Shown here: piece by piece, positions 36,329-36,346 of the stretch | How the letters are laid out: the number at the start of each line of letters is the position of its first letter | Numbering within the stretch: the stretch's first letter is position 1 | Assembly: GCA_041483895.1 (NCBI GenBank) | Contig: JBGPGO010000026.1 | Span: forward strand, 1-36,346 | Reading direction: 5' to 3' | Source of the DNA: Fimbriimonadia bacterium | Lineage (GTDB): Bacteria; Armatimonadota; Fimbriimonadia; Fimbriimonadales; JABRVX01 | DNA length: 36,346 nt | Program-made: the position numbers and the translations under genes | Notes under the pieces: model-generated | Told to the model about the DNA's origin: nothing | Database searches by the model: none | What the model saw: only the letters and a program-made list of their open reading frames with translations

Positions 36329-36346
36329 TAGCCCCGGGCAACTCCA

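Overview
GC-rich bacterial window, probably Armatimonadota (inferred from the dockerin-like C-terminal domain on a large secreted beta-propeller protein). The backbone is housekeeping: rsmG, trpD-trpC-trpF, a TIGR01777 epimerase, wzm/wzt, a rhodanese, tRNA-Pro(GGG), purC, a GT4 glycosyltransferase, an SSS symporter, DinB, DUF554, HAIR-controlled clpB and hom-metB. Two lower-GC accessory blocks interrupt it. Best candidates for new biology: (1) a 35-aa leader peptide with a Met-Met-Met run and an intrinsic terminator upstream of hom-metB, a candidate methionine-sensing ribosome attenuator; (2) an operon encoding an XRE-HTH fused to a SAMHD1-like HD dNTPase plus an ImmA/IrrE metallopeptidase, a candidate protease-gated nucleotide-depletion defence system; (3) a tandem methylglyoxal-synthase-domain protein followed by a membrane pentapeptide-repeat gene. 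Also found, several missed by the ORF track: a UGA-containing SelL-like selenoprotein, a PurC with an inserted GspE/PilB N-terminal domain, an RsmG with an in-frame palindromic element, an IS481 end sitting in a REP hairpin, a 159-nt structured ncRNA candidate, a 25-aa coupled microprotein, several likely leaderless genes and several palindromic repeat families. All calls come from manual reading; no searches or folding programs were run.
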